IMG/VR virus record: IMGVR_UViG_2541047726_000007
Length of the DNA stretch: 23,312 bases
Source: a virus
Taxonomy: Duplodnaviria > Heunggongvirae > Uroviricota > Caudoviricetes
Strand: one strand, 5' to 3'
Shown here: positions 1-9,928 of the stretch, in pieces
Layout of the letters: every line of letters begins with the position of its first letter
How positions within the stretch are numbered: the first letter of the stretch is position 1
The notes under the pieces: model-generated
What the model was told of the DNA's origin: nothing
What the model saw: only the letters and a program-made list of their open reading frames with translations
Database searches by the model: none
Position numbers and translations under genes: made by a program

Positions 1-1143
1 CTATGCTGTTTTGATATCTACGATAATCCAGTCTTTACCACGATCATCATTGTATCGGTCGGTCATTTTTCTGGATTTATGACCTAACAACTTTTGCGTA
101 TCCAGACCCTGTTCCCGATATAACCGTTCTGACAGAGATCGCTGCTCATGAAATGTGGGCGCAGTTCCTGGCTCCCATTTTATGCCACATTTTTCCCTGG
201 CCTTTTTAAAAGCCGTTGTAAGAGTATTTGCAGACACCTGGTCTCCTCTGTTTGCTTGAGAGGTAGTGTGACGGTAATGGACCAGATATTTACTAACAAC
301 AGCATCCCTGCACTGAGATATAACTTCACGAAGGGTAATATTCAGAGCATCGCATTTCAGGTTAAGCGGAATAGCAAGTTTTGAACCGGTTTTTTCCTGA
401 GTAATGTGCAACATGTCGTCCCAGATATCAGAGAATTTCAAATTGCAGATATCGCCTAAACGTTGTCCAGTGACAAGAGCAAGTAGCATCCCGCATTTTA
501 AATAGGGCTGCCGTCTGCTTACGCTGTCAAATATTGCCTGCCATTCGGGCAGTGATAATCTTTGGCGGTTTACTCGATTTCGCGGTTGTTTTGTTGCCTG
601 CGCTGGGTTAAATCCTGGCGGAACATGTCCTGCGTGTTGTGCTTCTTTGAAGACGTCGATCAACACCATTCTCACGACTTGCGCCATCCTGTTATGACCT
701 TCAGCCTTTACAGCATCAATTATTTCGGCAATATCAAGTGCGGTAATATCCTTGAGGTGTTGCATTCCACAATGCTCACGGAAAAGACGAATGGGTTTGC
801 CTTTTTGCCGATAGGAGTTGGGTCTTAGTTCATTATGTTGCAGCCTGTCCTCCTGGATAGAAATATATTTATCAAGCCATTCTGTCACCGTAATGTCTGA
901 GCGCCTGCCTTTCATTCTTTCTAGACGCTCATTGACGCTTAATATTTGTCGGGTACGTTGTTCAGCAATAATGGTATTTGCTTCAGTAGCAACTTGTTTT
1001 GCTTCATTCTCATCAGTTCCTAAGCTATGAAAACGACCGGATAGTGGATGTTTGTATTGCCAATATACCTTTCCGGTTCGCTTATCTAATTTGCAATATA
1101 AATTGGGTATAGAGATTTTGTGAGATCGGGGTCTAGCAGCCAT
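1..1143 (-). CDS. int: Tyrosine integrase, lambda Int family; stop codon at window position 1-3
   Basis: 380-aa ORF with a C-terminal tyrosine-recombinase-like region (HxxR...Y context); overlaps xis by 11 nt as in lambda int/xis. Confidence 0.9.
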   Translation of the reverse strand: MAARPRSHKISIPNLYCKLDKRTGKVYWQYKHPLSGRFHSLGTDENEAKQVATEANTIIAEQRTRQILSVNERLERMKGRRSDITVTEWLDKYISIQEDRLQHNELRPNSYRQKGKPIRLFREHCGMQHLKDITALDIAEIIDAVKAEGHNRMAQVVRMVLIDVFKEAQHAGHVPPGFNPAQATKQPRNRVNRQRLSLPEWQAIFDSVSRRQPYLKCGMLLALVTGQRLGDICNLKFSDIWDDMLHITQEKTGSKLAIPLNLKCDALNITLREVISQCRDAVVSKYLVHYRHTTSQANRGDQVSANTLTTAFKKAREKCGIKWEPGTAPTFHEQRSLSERLYREQGLDTQKLLGHKSRKMTDRYNDDRGKDWIIVDIKTA

Positions 1144-1369
1144 CAGCGATTATCCGTTGGAGTTTTGGGTTTGCGTTTATTGGGAGTTGCGGTTCTGCAA
1201 GCGTTCCTACAAAACGGGAATTTCGGTCAATCATCCAGTAGCGACCAACTTTTATAGCGGGTGGGGCCATCATTTTCCCTTGCGCGTATTTTTTCAGAAC
1301 TCGCTCACTTGGTGCTAAGTCCCCAAATTCTTCTTTAGCCCAGTCCTGTAAAGTGATTAGTCGAGACAT
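1133..1369 (-). CDS. xis: Excisionase
   Basis: 78-aa ORF directly upstream of and overlapping int; a GGAGG ribosome-binding site precedes the ATG at 1367-1369. Confidence 0.8.
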   Translation of the reverse strand: MSRLITLQDWAKEEFGDLAPSERVLKKYAQGKMMAPPAIKVGRYWMIDRNSRFVGTLAEPQLPINANPKLQRIIADGC

Positions 1370-1508
1370 TTGTCCTCCTCTTAGCTGCTGAGGGAGTTTG
1401 TGACCGATATATCTGACATGATATTAAGCTCATGGCAGGTACATCTCTTGACTGGTCATAGAGATAAATTTAATGCTGAGAAATGCAGTATTGAATTTAT
1501 CAATTTTT

Positions 1509-1748
1509 CTATTTCCTGCGTATGGCACGTAACTTCTTAATGTGTTCTGCTGTTTCGATCTCTTCAGCTATCCGATCTGCGTCAGCTTTATTCACAGGTT
1601 CAAAGTCATGATTAAAGCGGAACATGCTGGCGATACATGTTCTGCCTTTTCGGATGTAGTGAACTTTGTTGTGAGTGGAACGCAGGATTTTGCAGGGAGT
1701 GCCGTGGTGGTCGACGTACCAGGTGTTAGGGTAAATCACTCTGAACAT
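1509..1748 (-). CDS. Hypothetical protein (79 aa), ea/b-region
   Basis: ORF in the leftward early operon; no recognisable motif. Confidence 0.5.
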   Translation of the reverse strand: MFRVIYPNTWYVDHHGTPCKILRSTHNKVHYIRKGRTCIASMFRFNHDFEPVNKADADRIAEEIETAEHIKKLRAIRRK

Positions 1749-1773
1749 TCTTGACCTTGTGTTGTGCGGATTG

Positions 1774-2058
1774 TTATTCAGTGCCGATATTTACCTTTAT
1801 CGCGTATACCTTTACCGGTTTATCACCGAAGTGCGGATGTGTGATTGTCTTCACTTCATATCCGTCATACGGAACATCAACTCTGCGGCTGGAATCGTCG
1901 CGCTTCGGATATCCCTTTGTGATAATCAGGCGGTCATGCTTACGGTTAACGAGGCGCTTTTTCCAGTAGTCATTACACAGGCGATACTCTTCCGTTTTCT
2001 CTCCGCGAATCATGGCATCGAAGTATTCACCTTTAACGGCAAGTTGCAGGTTAGCCAC
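1774..2058 (-). CDS. ASCH/PUA-like domain protein (94 aa), GTG start
   Basis: N-terminal KGEYFDAMIRGEKTEEYR resembles the ASCH signature; GTG at 2056-2058 lies 2 nt after the upstream TAA and is preceded by GGAG. Confidence 0.5.
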   Translation of the reverse strand: MANLQLAVKGEYFDAMIRGEKTEEYRLCNDYWKKRLVNRKHDRLIITKGYPKRDDSSRRVDVPYDGYEVKTITHPHFGDKPVKVYAIKVNIGTE

Positions 2059-2791
2059 GGTTAACTCCTTGCTGTGTGGCGTCGAGTAATAAATCCCACA
2101 ACCGCTGAGAGCAATTTCCGCATGTACAGCGTTGACCCACAACGTTTATCGCGTTGCTGATTTCCGGCGTTACCTGTTTAGGAACCATAACCCAACCATC
2201 CGGAGTTACCGGAAGCGAGAACGGCAGCACATCTCTGTGAACAAGTTTTTGCTGTGACAGGTTATCCAGAACTTTCTGTACTGCTGCATCACCGAATACA
2301 CCAAGCGCATCTGCCATAACTCCTACAACCTGATAAGCCTCAGCGCATACCGTGGATAAACCATCCGGAATTACCGGAGAGTTGCCGGGTTCTTTAATGT
2401 GCAAGCGAGGCTCACCATCTTTTGGCTCAGGCCACTGGCGCTCCATGTTGATCTTCAATTTATCTTCCATAGCAACGGTAATTTCAGCATCGCTGATGCC
2501 AGCACGGCGCTGTGCATCCCACAACAGAAACTGCATATCAGCCCACTCGCTAAGATCGTCTGGTTCGGCTGCGGCTTCCAGTGCCTCTTTTGAGAGGTGT
2601 TTCAGTGGACCAATGGGGCCAACGCAGCCAAATGTGGAGTCAGACCATTTGGCATGCTCGTGGCGAATCTGTTCGCGTTCCAGTGATGCCAGTGCAATTC
2701 GTGCTAGTTCCATTTGTTCGCCACGAGTAAGCCCGTTTTCAAGCGGATTTTTAATGAACAATTCAATACGTTCTTTGGTAATAGTGGTCAT
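2051..2791 (-). CDS. Hypothetical ea-region protein (246 aa)
   Basis: Long ORF; its N-terminal module (ARIALASLE) is shared with the gene at 3550-3804. Confidence 0.6.
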   Translation of the reverse strand: MTTITKERIELFIKNPLENGLTRGEQMELARIALASLEREQIRHEHAKWSDSTFGCVGPIGPLKHLSKEALEAAAEPDDLSEWADMQFLLWDAQRRAGISDAEITVAMEDKLKINMERQWPEPKDGEPRLHIKEPGNSPVIPDGLSTVCAEAYQVVGVMADALGVFGDAAVQKVLDNLSQQKLVHRDVLPFSLPVTPDGWVMVPKQVTPEISNAINVVGQRCTCGNCSQRLWDLLLDATQQGVNRG

Positions 2792-2997
2792 GTGTTAATC
2801 CTCAAAACTTTATGCCCGGGCGCAAAAGTACGTGTTTTGTCTTTGCTTATTCGCCACCCGTCTTTACGGGCCTCTTTTGCACAACCAGACCATGACGTAC
2901 CGATATACTCACCGAAGTCTGGCACTGGATATACACCTTCCGTACACTGGCGACAATCACAATAGAGATGCATGGTGTAACTTGCGGCAATAGCCAT
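2788..2997 (-). CDS. Hypothetical Cys-rich small protein (69 aa)
   Basis: ATG at 2995-2997 lies 1 nt after the upstream TGA (TGAtATG coupling); the longer 83-aa track ORF would overlap the upstream gene by 41 nt. Confidence 0.45.
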   Translation of the reverse strand: MAIAASYTMHLYCDCRQCTEGVYPVPDFGEYIGTSWSGCAKEARKDGWRISKDKTRTFAPGHKVLRINT

Positions 2998-2998
2998 A

Positions 2999-3607
2999 TC
3001 ACTCTCTTTTTCCCTGAAGCATGGCAGCGTGGCAGGCATCCTCTACGCCCTTAACTGCATCTGCGCAGTAGTTATAGCGATTGCATTCCACTAACTTCTG
3101 CCTGAGATTTTCAATTGCTTGCGCGACATCAGCCTGTATTACAGGAACTGGCGGAACGGCTGTCTGCTGCTCTCGAACGTCATTAGTCGCTATCGGTTCT
3201 GCTGCCAACTGACTGGCATATTTGTTAATGGTAACGATAAGCTCTTGCTCAGCCTCATCCAGACAATCACCGATACCTCGCCTGTCGCCGTCAAAATCAT
3301 CGAAATCAGCACGAACTCTGGCAAATTTCAGGATTGCGGACAACACCTCACCAGGAATTACCGGAGAGTTGGTTGACGTTTCCGAAATTTCCCGAAAATT
3401 ATTGGTTGACGAATTCGCGTTTTCCCGAAAGTTTCCGGCATGAAGCATAGCCGCGCGGCAGGCGTTCCAGCCTCTCACCTCTGCAATAGCGGCAACAGCA
3501 TCGACCGCGTACATGCTAAGAGGGTTAGGCATTGGTTTTTCTTCAGGTACTACTGGCACTGGCTTGGCATATATAGCGGCTGAACATACCAACCCTTTGA
3601 TAACCAA
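2999..3607 (-). CDS. Hypothetical ea-region protein (202 aa)
   Basis: ORF in the operon; shares the NSPVIPGE motif and an 18-nt DNA repeat with the gene at 2051-2791. Confidence 0.55.
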   Translation of the reverse strand: MVIKGLVCSAAIYAKPVPVVPEEKPMPNPLSMYAVDAVAAIAEVRGWNACRAAMLHAGNFRENANSSTNNFREISETSTNSPVIPGEVLSAILKFARVRADFDDFDGDRRGIGDCLDEAEQELIVTINKYASQLAAEPIATNDVREQQTAVPPVPVIQADVAQAIENLRQKLVECNRYNYCADAVKGVEDACHAAMLQGKRE

Positions 3608-3804
3608 CTGTCAGCAATGTTTTTACTCCTCGTTATTGCCGGAATACCTAAGCCATTGTCTGAATGCAGCCATGCCACCGGATTCTCTTCCAGCGATGCC
3701 AGAGCAATTTCATAAGCCCGGCGCTCAACATTGTCTCGCACATCCAAACTGCTGATACGCTCTTTGATTTCTTTAATCAGTTCTTTGTCGGTAAAAGTGC
3801 TCAT
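3550..3804 (-). CDS. Hypothetical protein (84 aa)
   Basis: ATG at 3802-3804 preceded by GGAG and lying 1 nt after the upstream TGA. Confidence 0.5.
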   Translation of the reverse strand: MSTFTDKELIKEIKERISSLDVRDNVERRAYEIALASLEENPVAWLHSDNGLGIPAITRSKNIADSWLSKGWYVQPLYMPSQCQ

Positions 3805-4227
3805 ATCAATCTCCATTGGTATCAATGTTTACAGCCTGACAAGACTCTTTGAGCACCCAGTCAATAGCGTCTTTCCATGCCTCTGTTTCGACTGGTGGAT
3901 TTTCACGCTTAACCTGTTCATAGAAGCGCACTGCTTTAACCAGTCCTTCCGGTACTACTGGTGATGGCTGTTTAGCTTCTAAATCAGCAATTCTGTCAAC
4001 CACGGCATCGACAGCATCTGAAAAGCCGAACCAGTTGCTCCACTCCGGCTCATCCCCGGTTGCTGCAAAGTACATATCTGCTAAAGCAGATTCAGCATGG
4101 TCACGCTCGTTAATGAGTTGCTCTTCGCTTTTCTCCAGTTCAGCAATACGCTTACTGAAGTGGTTTACTGAATTTGGCCACCTGAACAGAGGTGATATGC
4201 TCACCTCAGAACAACACAGGTGCCATA

Positions 4228-5375
<1,148 letters not shown>

Positions 5376-5819
5376 CTCGGTGGCCAGTTTTTGTTGACCA
5401 CTTCATACCCCCATCCGAGATAACACCTTCGTAATACTCACGCTGCTCGTTGAGTTTTGATTTTGTCTCCTCAAGCTCAACTCTCAGCTTCCCAACAGTA
5501 AGAGCAATATCCTCGTTCTCCTGGTCGCGGCGTTTTATGTATTGCTGGTTTCTTTCCCGTTCATCCAGCAGTGCCAGCACAGTAGCCGGATTGGCTGCGG
5601 CGATGAATTCAGCATTGGCCTGCTGTTCCATTTGGAAATCTTCATCGAAACCGCTTTCTGGATGCGCTCCTTCAATTCTGCAAATGGGAATATATCCAGC
5701 AACTTCACGATGAATTAGCGCATAATCACCATCAAATCGGCTCTCTCCATATTCGAGCGACCACTCACCACACGTTGCTTTTTCTGCCGCTTCACGCAGT
5801 GCCTGATAGTTAATTTCGC

Positions 5820-6041
5820 TCACTTCGAACCTCTCTGTTTACTGATAAGCTCCAGATCCTCCTGGCAACTTGCACAAGTCCGACAACCCTGAACGACCAG
5901 GCGTCTTCGTTCATCTATGGGATCGCCACACTCACAACAATGAGTGGCGGATATAGTCTGGTAGTTCAGACGACGCATTTTTATTGCTGTATTGCGCTGT
6001 AATTCTTCAATTTCTGATGCTGAATCAATGATGTCCGCCAT
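5820..6041 (-). CDS. TraR/DksA-family C4 zinc-finger protein (73 aa)
   Basis: CxxC...CxxC arrangement (CCECGDPIDERRRLVVQGCRTCASC); ATGA overlap with the downstream ea22-like start. Confidence 0.7.
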   Translation of the reverse strand: MADIIDSASEIEELQRNTAIKMRRLNYQTISATHCCECGDPIDERRRLVVQGCRTCASCQEDLELISKQRGSK

Positions 6042-6102
6042 CTTTCATTAATCCCTGAATTGTTGGTTAATACGCTTGAGGGTGAATGCGAATAATAAAA
6101 AA

Positions 6103-6117
6103 GGAGCCTGTAGCTCC
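6103..6117 (-). terminator. Candidate intrinsic terminator (short stem GGAGC/GCTCC followed by a U-run on the minus strand)
   Basis: Minus strand reads GGAGCuacagGCUCC then UUUUUUAUUAUU. Confidence 0.35.
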
Positions 6118-6139
6118 CTGATGATTTTGCTTTTCATGT

Positions 6140-6355
6140 TCACCGTTCCTTAAAGACGCCGTTTAACATGCCGATCGCCAGGCTTAAATGAGTCGGTGTG
6201 AATCCCATCAGCGTTACCGTTTCGCGGTGCTTCTTTAGTACGCTACGGCAAATGTCATCGACGTTTTTATCCGGAAACTGCTGTCTGGCTTTTTTGATTT
6301 CAGAATTAGCCTGACGGGCAATGCTGCGAAGGGCGTTTTCTTGCTGAGGTGTCAC
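6140..6355 (-). CDS. Hypothetical protein (about 71 aa; start uncertain, GTG at 6353-6355 proposed)
   Basis: The 93-aa track ORF has an N-terminus overlapping a better-placed small ORF; the GTG overlaps that ORF's stop (GTGA). Confidence 0.4.
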   Translation of the reverse strand: MTPQQENALRSIARQANSEIKKARQQFPDKNVDDICRSVLKKHRETVTLMGFTPTHLSLAIGMLNGVFKER

Positions 6356-6435
6356 TGAACAAGCCCCATGTCGGCAAGCATAAGCACACAGAATATGAAG
6401 CCCGCTGCCAGAAAAATGCATTCAGTGGTTGTCAT
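6352..6435 (-). CDS. Small hydrophobic peptide (27 aa, MTTTECIFLAAGFIFCVLMLADMGLVQ)
   Basis: ATG overlaps the upstream stop (ATGA); single predicted membrane helix; below the ORF-track size cut-off. Confidence 0.3.
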   Translation of the reverse strand: MTTTECIFLAAGFIFCVLMLADMGLVQ

Positions 6436-6623
6436 ACCTGGTCTCTCTCATCTGCTTCTGCTTTCGCCACCATCATTTCCAGCTTTTGTGAAAGGGATGT
6501 GGCTAACGTATGAAATTCTTCGTCTGTTTCTACTGGTATTGGCACAAACCTGACTCCAATTTGAGCAAGGCTATGTGCCATCTCAATACTCGTTCTTAAC
6601 TCAACAGGAGATGCTTTGTGCAT
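6432..6623 (-). CDS. Lambda orf63-like small protein (63 aa)
   Basis: Same position and size as the small ORFs left of exo in lambda. Confidence 0.55.
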   Translation of the reverse strand: MHKASPVELRTSIEMAHSLAQIGVRFVPIPVETDEEFHTLATSLSQKLEMMVAKAEADERDQV

Positions 6624-6778
6624 ACCGCCTCCCGTTTATTATTTATCTTCTCAGCCAGCCGCTGTGCTTTCAGTGGATTTCTGATAACAGAAAGGCCGGG
6701 AAATACCCAGCCTCGCTTTGTAACGGAGTAGACGAAAGTGATCGCGCCTACCCGGATATTATCGTGAGGATGCGTCAT
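6596..6778 (-). CDS. Lambda orf60a-like small protein (60 aa)
   Basis: ATG at 6776-6778 overlaps the exo stop (ATGA); an alternative start lies 2 codons upstream. Confidence 0.5.
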   Translation of the reverse strand: MTHPHDNIRVGAITFVYSVTKRGWVFPGLSVIRNPLKAQRLAEKINNKREAVCTKHLLLS

Positions 6779-7455
6779 CGCCATTGCTCCCCAAATACAA
6801 AACTAATTTCAGCCAGTGCCTCGTCCATTTTTTCGATGAACTCCGGCACCATCTCGTCAAAACTCGCCATGTACTTTTCATCCCGCTCAACCACGACATA
6901 ATGCAGTCCTTCACGCTTCATACGCGGGTCATAGTTGGCAAAGTACCAGGCATCTTTTCGCGTCACCCACATGCTGTACTGCACCTGGGCCATGTAAGCC
7001 GATTTTATGGCCTCGAAACCACCGAGCCGGAACTTCATGAAATCCCGGGAGGTAAACGGGCATTTCAGCTCAAGGCCGTTGCCGTCACTGCATAAACCAT
7101 CGGGAGAGCAGGCGGTGCGCATACTTTCGTCGCGATAGATGATCGGGGATTCAGTAACATTCACGCCGGAAGTAAACTCAAACAGGGCTCTGGCGTCGTT
7201 CTCGTACTGTTTTCCCCAAGCCAGCGCCTTAGCGTTAACTTCCGGAGCCACACCGGTGCAAACCTCAGCAAGCAGGGTGTGGAAGTAGGACATTTTCATG
7301 TCAGGCCATTTCTTTCCGGAGCGGGGTTTTGCTATCACGTTGTGAACTTCTGAAGCGGTGATGACGCCGAGCCGTAATTTGTGCCATGCATCATCCCCCT
7401 GTTCGACAGCTCTCACGTCGATCCCGGTACGCTGCAGGATAATGTCCGGTGTCAT
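6775..7455 (-). CDS. exo: Lambda exonuclease (Red alpha)
   Basis: 226-aa product near-identical to remembered lambda Exo. Confidence 0.95.
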   Translation of the reverse strand: MTPDIILQRTGIDVRAVEQGDDAWHKLRLGVITASEVHNVIAKPRSGKKWPDMKMSYFHTLLAEVCTGVAPEVNAKALAWGKQYENDARALFEFTSGVNVTESPIIYRDESMRTACSPDGLCSDGNGLELKCPFTSRDFMKFRLGGFEAIKSAYMAQVQYSMWVTRKDAWYFANYDPRMKREGLHYVVVERDEKYMASFDEMVPEFIEKMDEALAEISFVFGEQWR

Positions 7456-8237
7456 GCTGCCACCTTCTGCTCAGTGGCTTTCTGTTTCAGGAATCCAAGA
7501 GCTTTCACTGCTTCGGCCTGTGTCAGTTCTGACGATGCGCGAATGTCGCGGCGAAATATCTGGGAACAGAGCGGCAATAAGTCGTCATCCCATGTTTTAT
7601 CCAGGGCGATCAGCAGAGTGTTAATCTCCTGCATGGTTTCATCGTTAACCGGAGTGATGTCGCGTTCCGGCTGACGTTCTGCAGTGTATGCGGTATTTTC
7701 GACAATGCGCTCGGCTTCATCCTTGTCATAGATACCAGCAAATCCGAAGGCGAGACGGGCACACTGAATCATGGCTTTATGCCGTAACATCCGTTTGGGA
7801 TGCGACTGCCACGGCCCCGTGATTTCTCTGCCTTCGCGGGTTTTGAATGGTTCGCGGCGGCATTCATCCATCCACTCGGTAACGCAGATCGGATGATTGC
7901 GGTCTTTGCGGTAAATCCGGCATGTACATGATTCATTGTCCTGCTCAAAGTCCATACCATCAAACTGCTGGTTTTCATTGATGATGCGGGACCAGCCATC
8001 AACGCCCACCACCGGAACAATGCCGTTCTGCTTATCAGGGAAGGCGTAAATTTCTTTCGTCCACGGATTAAGGCCGTACTGGTTGGCGACGATCAACAAT
8101 GCGATGAACTGCGCATCGCTGGCATCACCTTTAAATGCCGTCTGGCGAAGAGTGGTGATCAGTTCCTGTGGGTCGACAGAATCCATGCCGACACGTTCAG
8201 CCAGCTTCCCTGCCAGCGTTGCGAGTGCTGTACTCAT
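7452..8237 (-). CDS. bet: Recombinase Bet (Red beta), single-strand annealing protein
   Basis: 261-aa product near-identical to remembered lambda Bet; overlaps exo by 4 nt. Confidence 0.95.
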   Translation of the reverse strand: MSTALATLAGKLAERVGMDSVDPQELITTLRQTAFKGDASDAQFIALLIVANQYGLNPWTKEIYAFPDKQNGIVPVVGVDGWSRIINENQQFDGMDFEQDNESCTCRIYRKDRNHPICVTEWMDECRREPFKTREGREITGPWQSHPKRMLRHKAMIQCARLAFGFAGIYDKDEAERIVENTAYTAERQPERDITPVNDETMQEINTLLIALDKTWDDDLLPLCSQIFRRDIRASSELTQAEAVKALGFLKQKATEQKVAA

Positions 8238-8242
8238 CCGTT

Positions 8243-8539
8243 TTATACCTCTGAATCAATATCAGCCTGATGGTGAGCAATGGTTTCAACTATGTACCGG
8301 ATGTGTTCTGCCATGCGCTCCTGAAACTCAACATCGTCATCAAACGCACGGGTAATGGCTTTTTTGCTGGCCCCGTGGCGTTGTAAATGATCGATGCATA
8401 GCGATTCAAACAGGTGCTGGGGCAGGCCTTTTTCCATGTCGTCTGCCAGTTCTGCCTCTTTCTCTTCACGGGCGATCTGCTGGTAGTGACGCGCCCAGCT
8501 CTGAGCCTCAAGACGATCCTGAATGTAATAAGCGTTCAT
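8243..8539 (-). CDS. gam: Gam (RecBCD inhibitor), 98-aa GamS form
   Basis: [21 protein letters not shown]...; AGGAG ribosome-binding site upstream. Confidence 0.9.
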   Translation of the reverse strand: MNAYYIQDRLEAQSWARHYQQIAREEKEAELADDMEKGLPQHLFESLCIDHLQRHGASKKAITRAFDDDVEFQERMAEHIRYIVETIAHHQADIDSEV

Positions 8540-8614
8540 GGCTGAACTCCTGAAAATGGCTGTGAAAATATCGCCCGCGAAATGCCAGGCTGATTAGGAA
8601 AACAGGAAAGGGGG

Positions 8615-8758
8615 TTAGTGAATGCTTTTGCTTGATCTCAGTTTCAGTATTAATATCCATTTTTTATAAGCGTCGACGGCCTCACGAAACATCTTTTCAT
8701 CGCCAATAAAAGTGGCGATAGTGAATTTAGTCTGGATAGCCATAATTGTTTGATCCAT
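8615..8758 (-). CDS. kil: Kil (host-killing / cell-division inhibitor), 47 aa
   Basis: [47 protein letters not shown] is lambda Kil-like; start lies inside the 3' end of cIII. Confidence 0.75.
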   Translation of the reverse strand: MDQTIMAIQTKFTIATFIGDEKMFREAVDAYKKWILILKLRSSKSIH

Positions 8759-8891
8759 TTTTTGGGACTCCTGGCTGATTAAGTATGTCGATAAGGCGTT
8801 TCCATCCGTCACGTAATTTACGGGTGATTCGTTCAAGTAAAGATTCGGAAGGGCAGCCAGCAACAGGCCACCCTGCAATGGCATATTGCAT
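8727..8891 (-). CDS. cIII: CIII (FtsH inhibitor that stabilises CII), 54 aa
   Basis: Hand translation gives [54 protein letters not shown]; TAAGGAG site upstream; below the ORF-track cut-off. Confidence 0.75.
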   Translation of the reverse strand: MQYAIAGWPVAGCPSESLLERITRKLRDGWKRLIDILNQPGVPKNGSNNYGYPD

Positions 8892-8963
8892 GGTGTGCTC
8901 CTTATTTATACATAACGAAAAACGCCTCGAGTGAAGCGTAATTGGTATGCGGTAACGCCGCGC

Positions 8964-9332
8964 TCAGGCGGCCTTGATAGTCATATCATCTGAATCAAAT
9001 ATTCCTGATGTATCGATATCGGTAATTCTTATTCCTTCACTACCATCCATTGGAGGCCATCCTTCCTGACCATTTCCATCATTCCAGTCGAACTCACACA
9101 CAACACCATATGCATTTAAGTCGCTTGAAATTGCTATAAGCAGAGCATGTTGCGCCAGCATGATTAATACAGCATTTAATACAGAGCCGTGTTTATTGAG
9201 TCGGTATTCAGAGTCTGACCAGAAATTATTAATCTGGTGAAGTTTTTCCTCTGTCATTACGTCATGGTCAATTTCAATTTCTATTGATGCTTTCCAGTCG
9301 TAATCAATGATGTATTTTTTGATGTTTGACAT
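8964..9332 (-). CDS. ea10: Ea10-like protein (122 aa)
   Basis: Position between cIII and ral and the same length as lambda Ea10. Confidence 0.65.
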   Translation of the reverse strand: MSNIKKYIIDYDWKASIEIEIDHDVMTEEKLHQINNFWSDSEYRLNKHGSVLNAVLIMLAQHALLIAISSDLNAYGVVCEFDWNDGNGQEGWPPMDGSEGIRITDIDTSGIFDSDDMTIKAA

Positions 9333-9352
9333 CTATTCATATCCTCATAGAT

Positions 9353-9378
9353 AAAAAATCGCCCTCACACTGGAGGGC
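9353..9378 (-). terminator. Candidate intrinsic terminator between ral and ea10
   Basis: Minus strand: GCCCUCcagugu-GAGGGC followed by GAUUUUUUAUCU. Confidence 0.5.
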
Positions 9379-9514
9379 AAAGAAGATTTCCAATAATCAG
9401 AACAAGTCGGCTCCTGTTTAGTTACGAGCGACATTGCTCCGTGTATTCACTCGTTGGAATGAATACACAGTGCAGTGTTTATTCTGTTATTTATGCCAAA
9501 AATAAAGGCCACTA

Positions 9515-9715
9515 TCAGGCAGCTTTGTTGTTCTGTTTACCAAGTTCTCTGGCAATCATTGCCGTCGTTCGTATTGCCCATTTATCGACATATTTCCCAT
9601 CTTCCATTACAGGAAACATTTCTTCAGGCTTAACCATGCATTCCGATTGCAGCTTGCATCCATTGCATCGTTTGAATTGTCCACACCATTGATTTGTATC
9701 AATAGTCGTAGTCAT
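9515..9715 (-). CDS. ral: Ral (restriction alleviation), 66 aa
   Basis: MTTTIDTNQWCGQFKRCNGCKLQSECMVKPEE... is lambda Ral-like. Confidence 0.8.
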   Translation of the reverse strand: MTTTIDTNQWCGQFKRCNGCKLQSECMVKPEEMFPVMEDGKYVDKWAIRTTAMIARELGKQNNKAA

Positions 9716-9785
9716 ACGGATAGTCCTGGTATTGTTCCATCACATCTTGAGGATGCTCTTCGAACTCTTCAAATTCTTCTTCCAT
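9699..9785 (-). CDS. Small acidic protein (28 aa, MEEEFEEFEEHPQDVMEQYQDYPYDYDY), lambda orf28 position
   Basis: AAGGTG site 5 nt before the ATG; overlaps the ral start; below the ORF-track cut-off. Confidence 0.4.
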   Translation of the reverse strand: MEEEFEEFEEHPQDVMEQYQDYPYDYDY

Positions 9786-9928
9786 ATATCACCTTAAATA
9801 GTGGATTGCGGTAGTAAAGATTGTGCCTGTCTTTTAACCACATCAGGCTCGGTGGTTCTCGTGTACCCCTACAACGAGAAATCGGATAAACTCTATTCAC
9901 CCCTACAGAGAGCAAAAGAGAAACGCCG

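Noticed and set aside
6049-6137. 29-codon minus-strand ORF (MKSKIIRELQAPFLL...) between two early genes
   Set aside because: Its sequence is largely the terminator-like hairpin and U-run; more likely a structural RNA element than a gene.
8615-8884. Full 89-aa track ORF covering kil
   Set aside because: Only the last 47 codons look Kil-like; the upstream part overlaps cIII in another frame, so the call was trimmed to 8615-8758.
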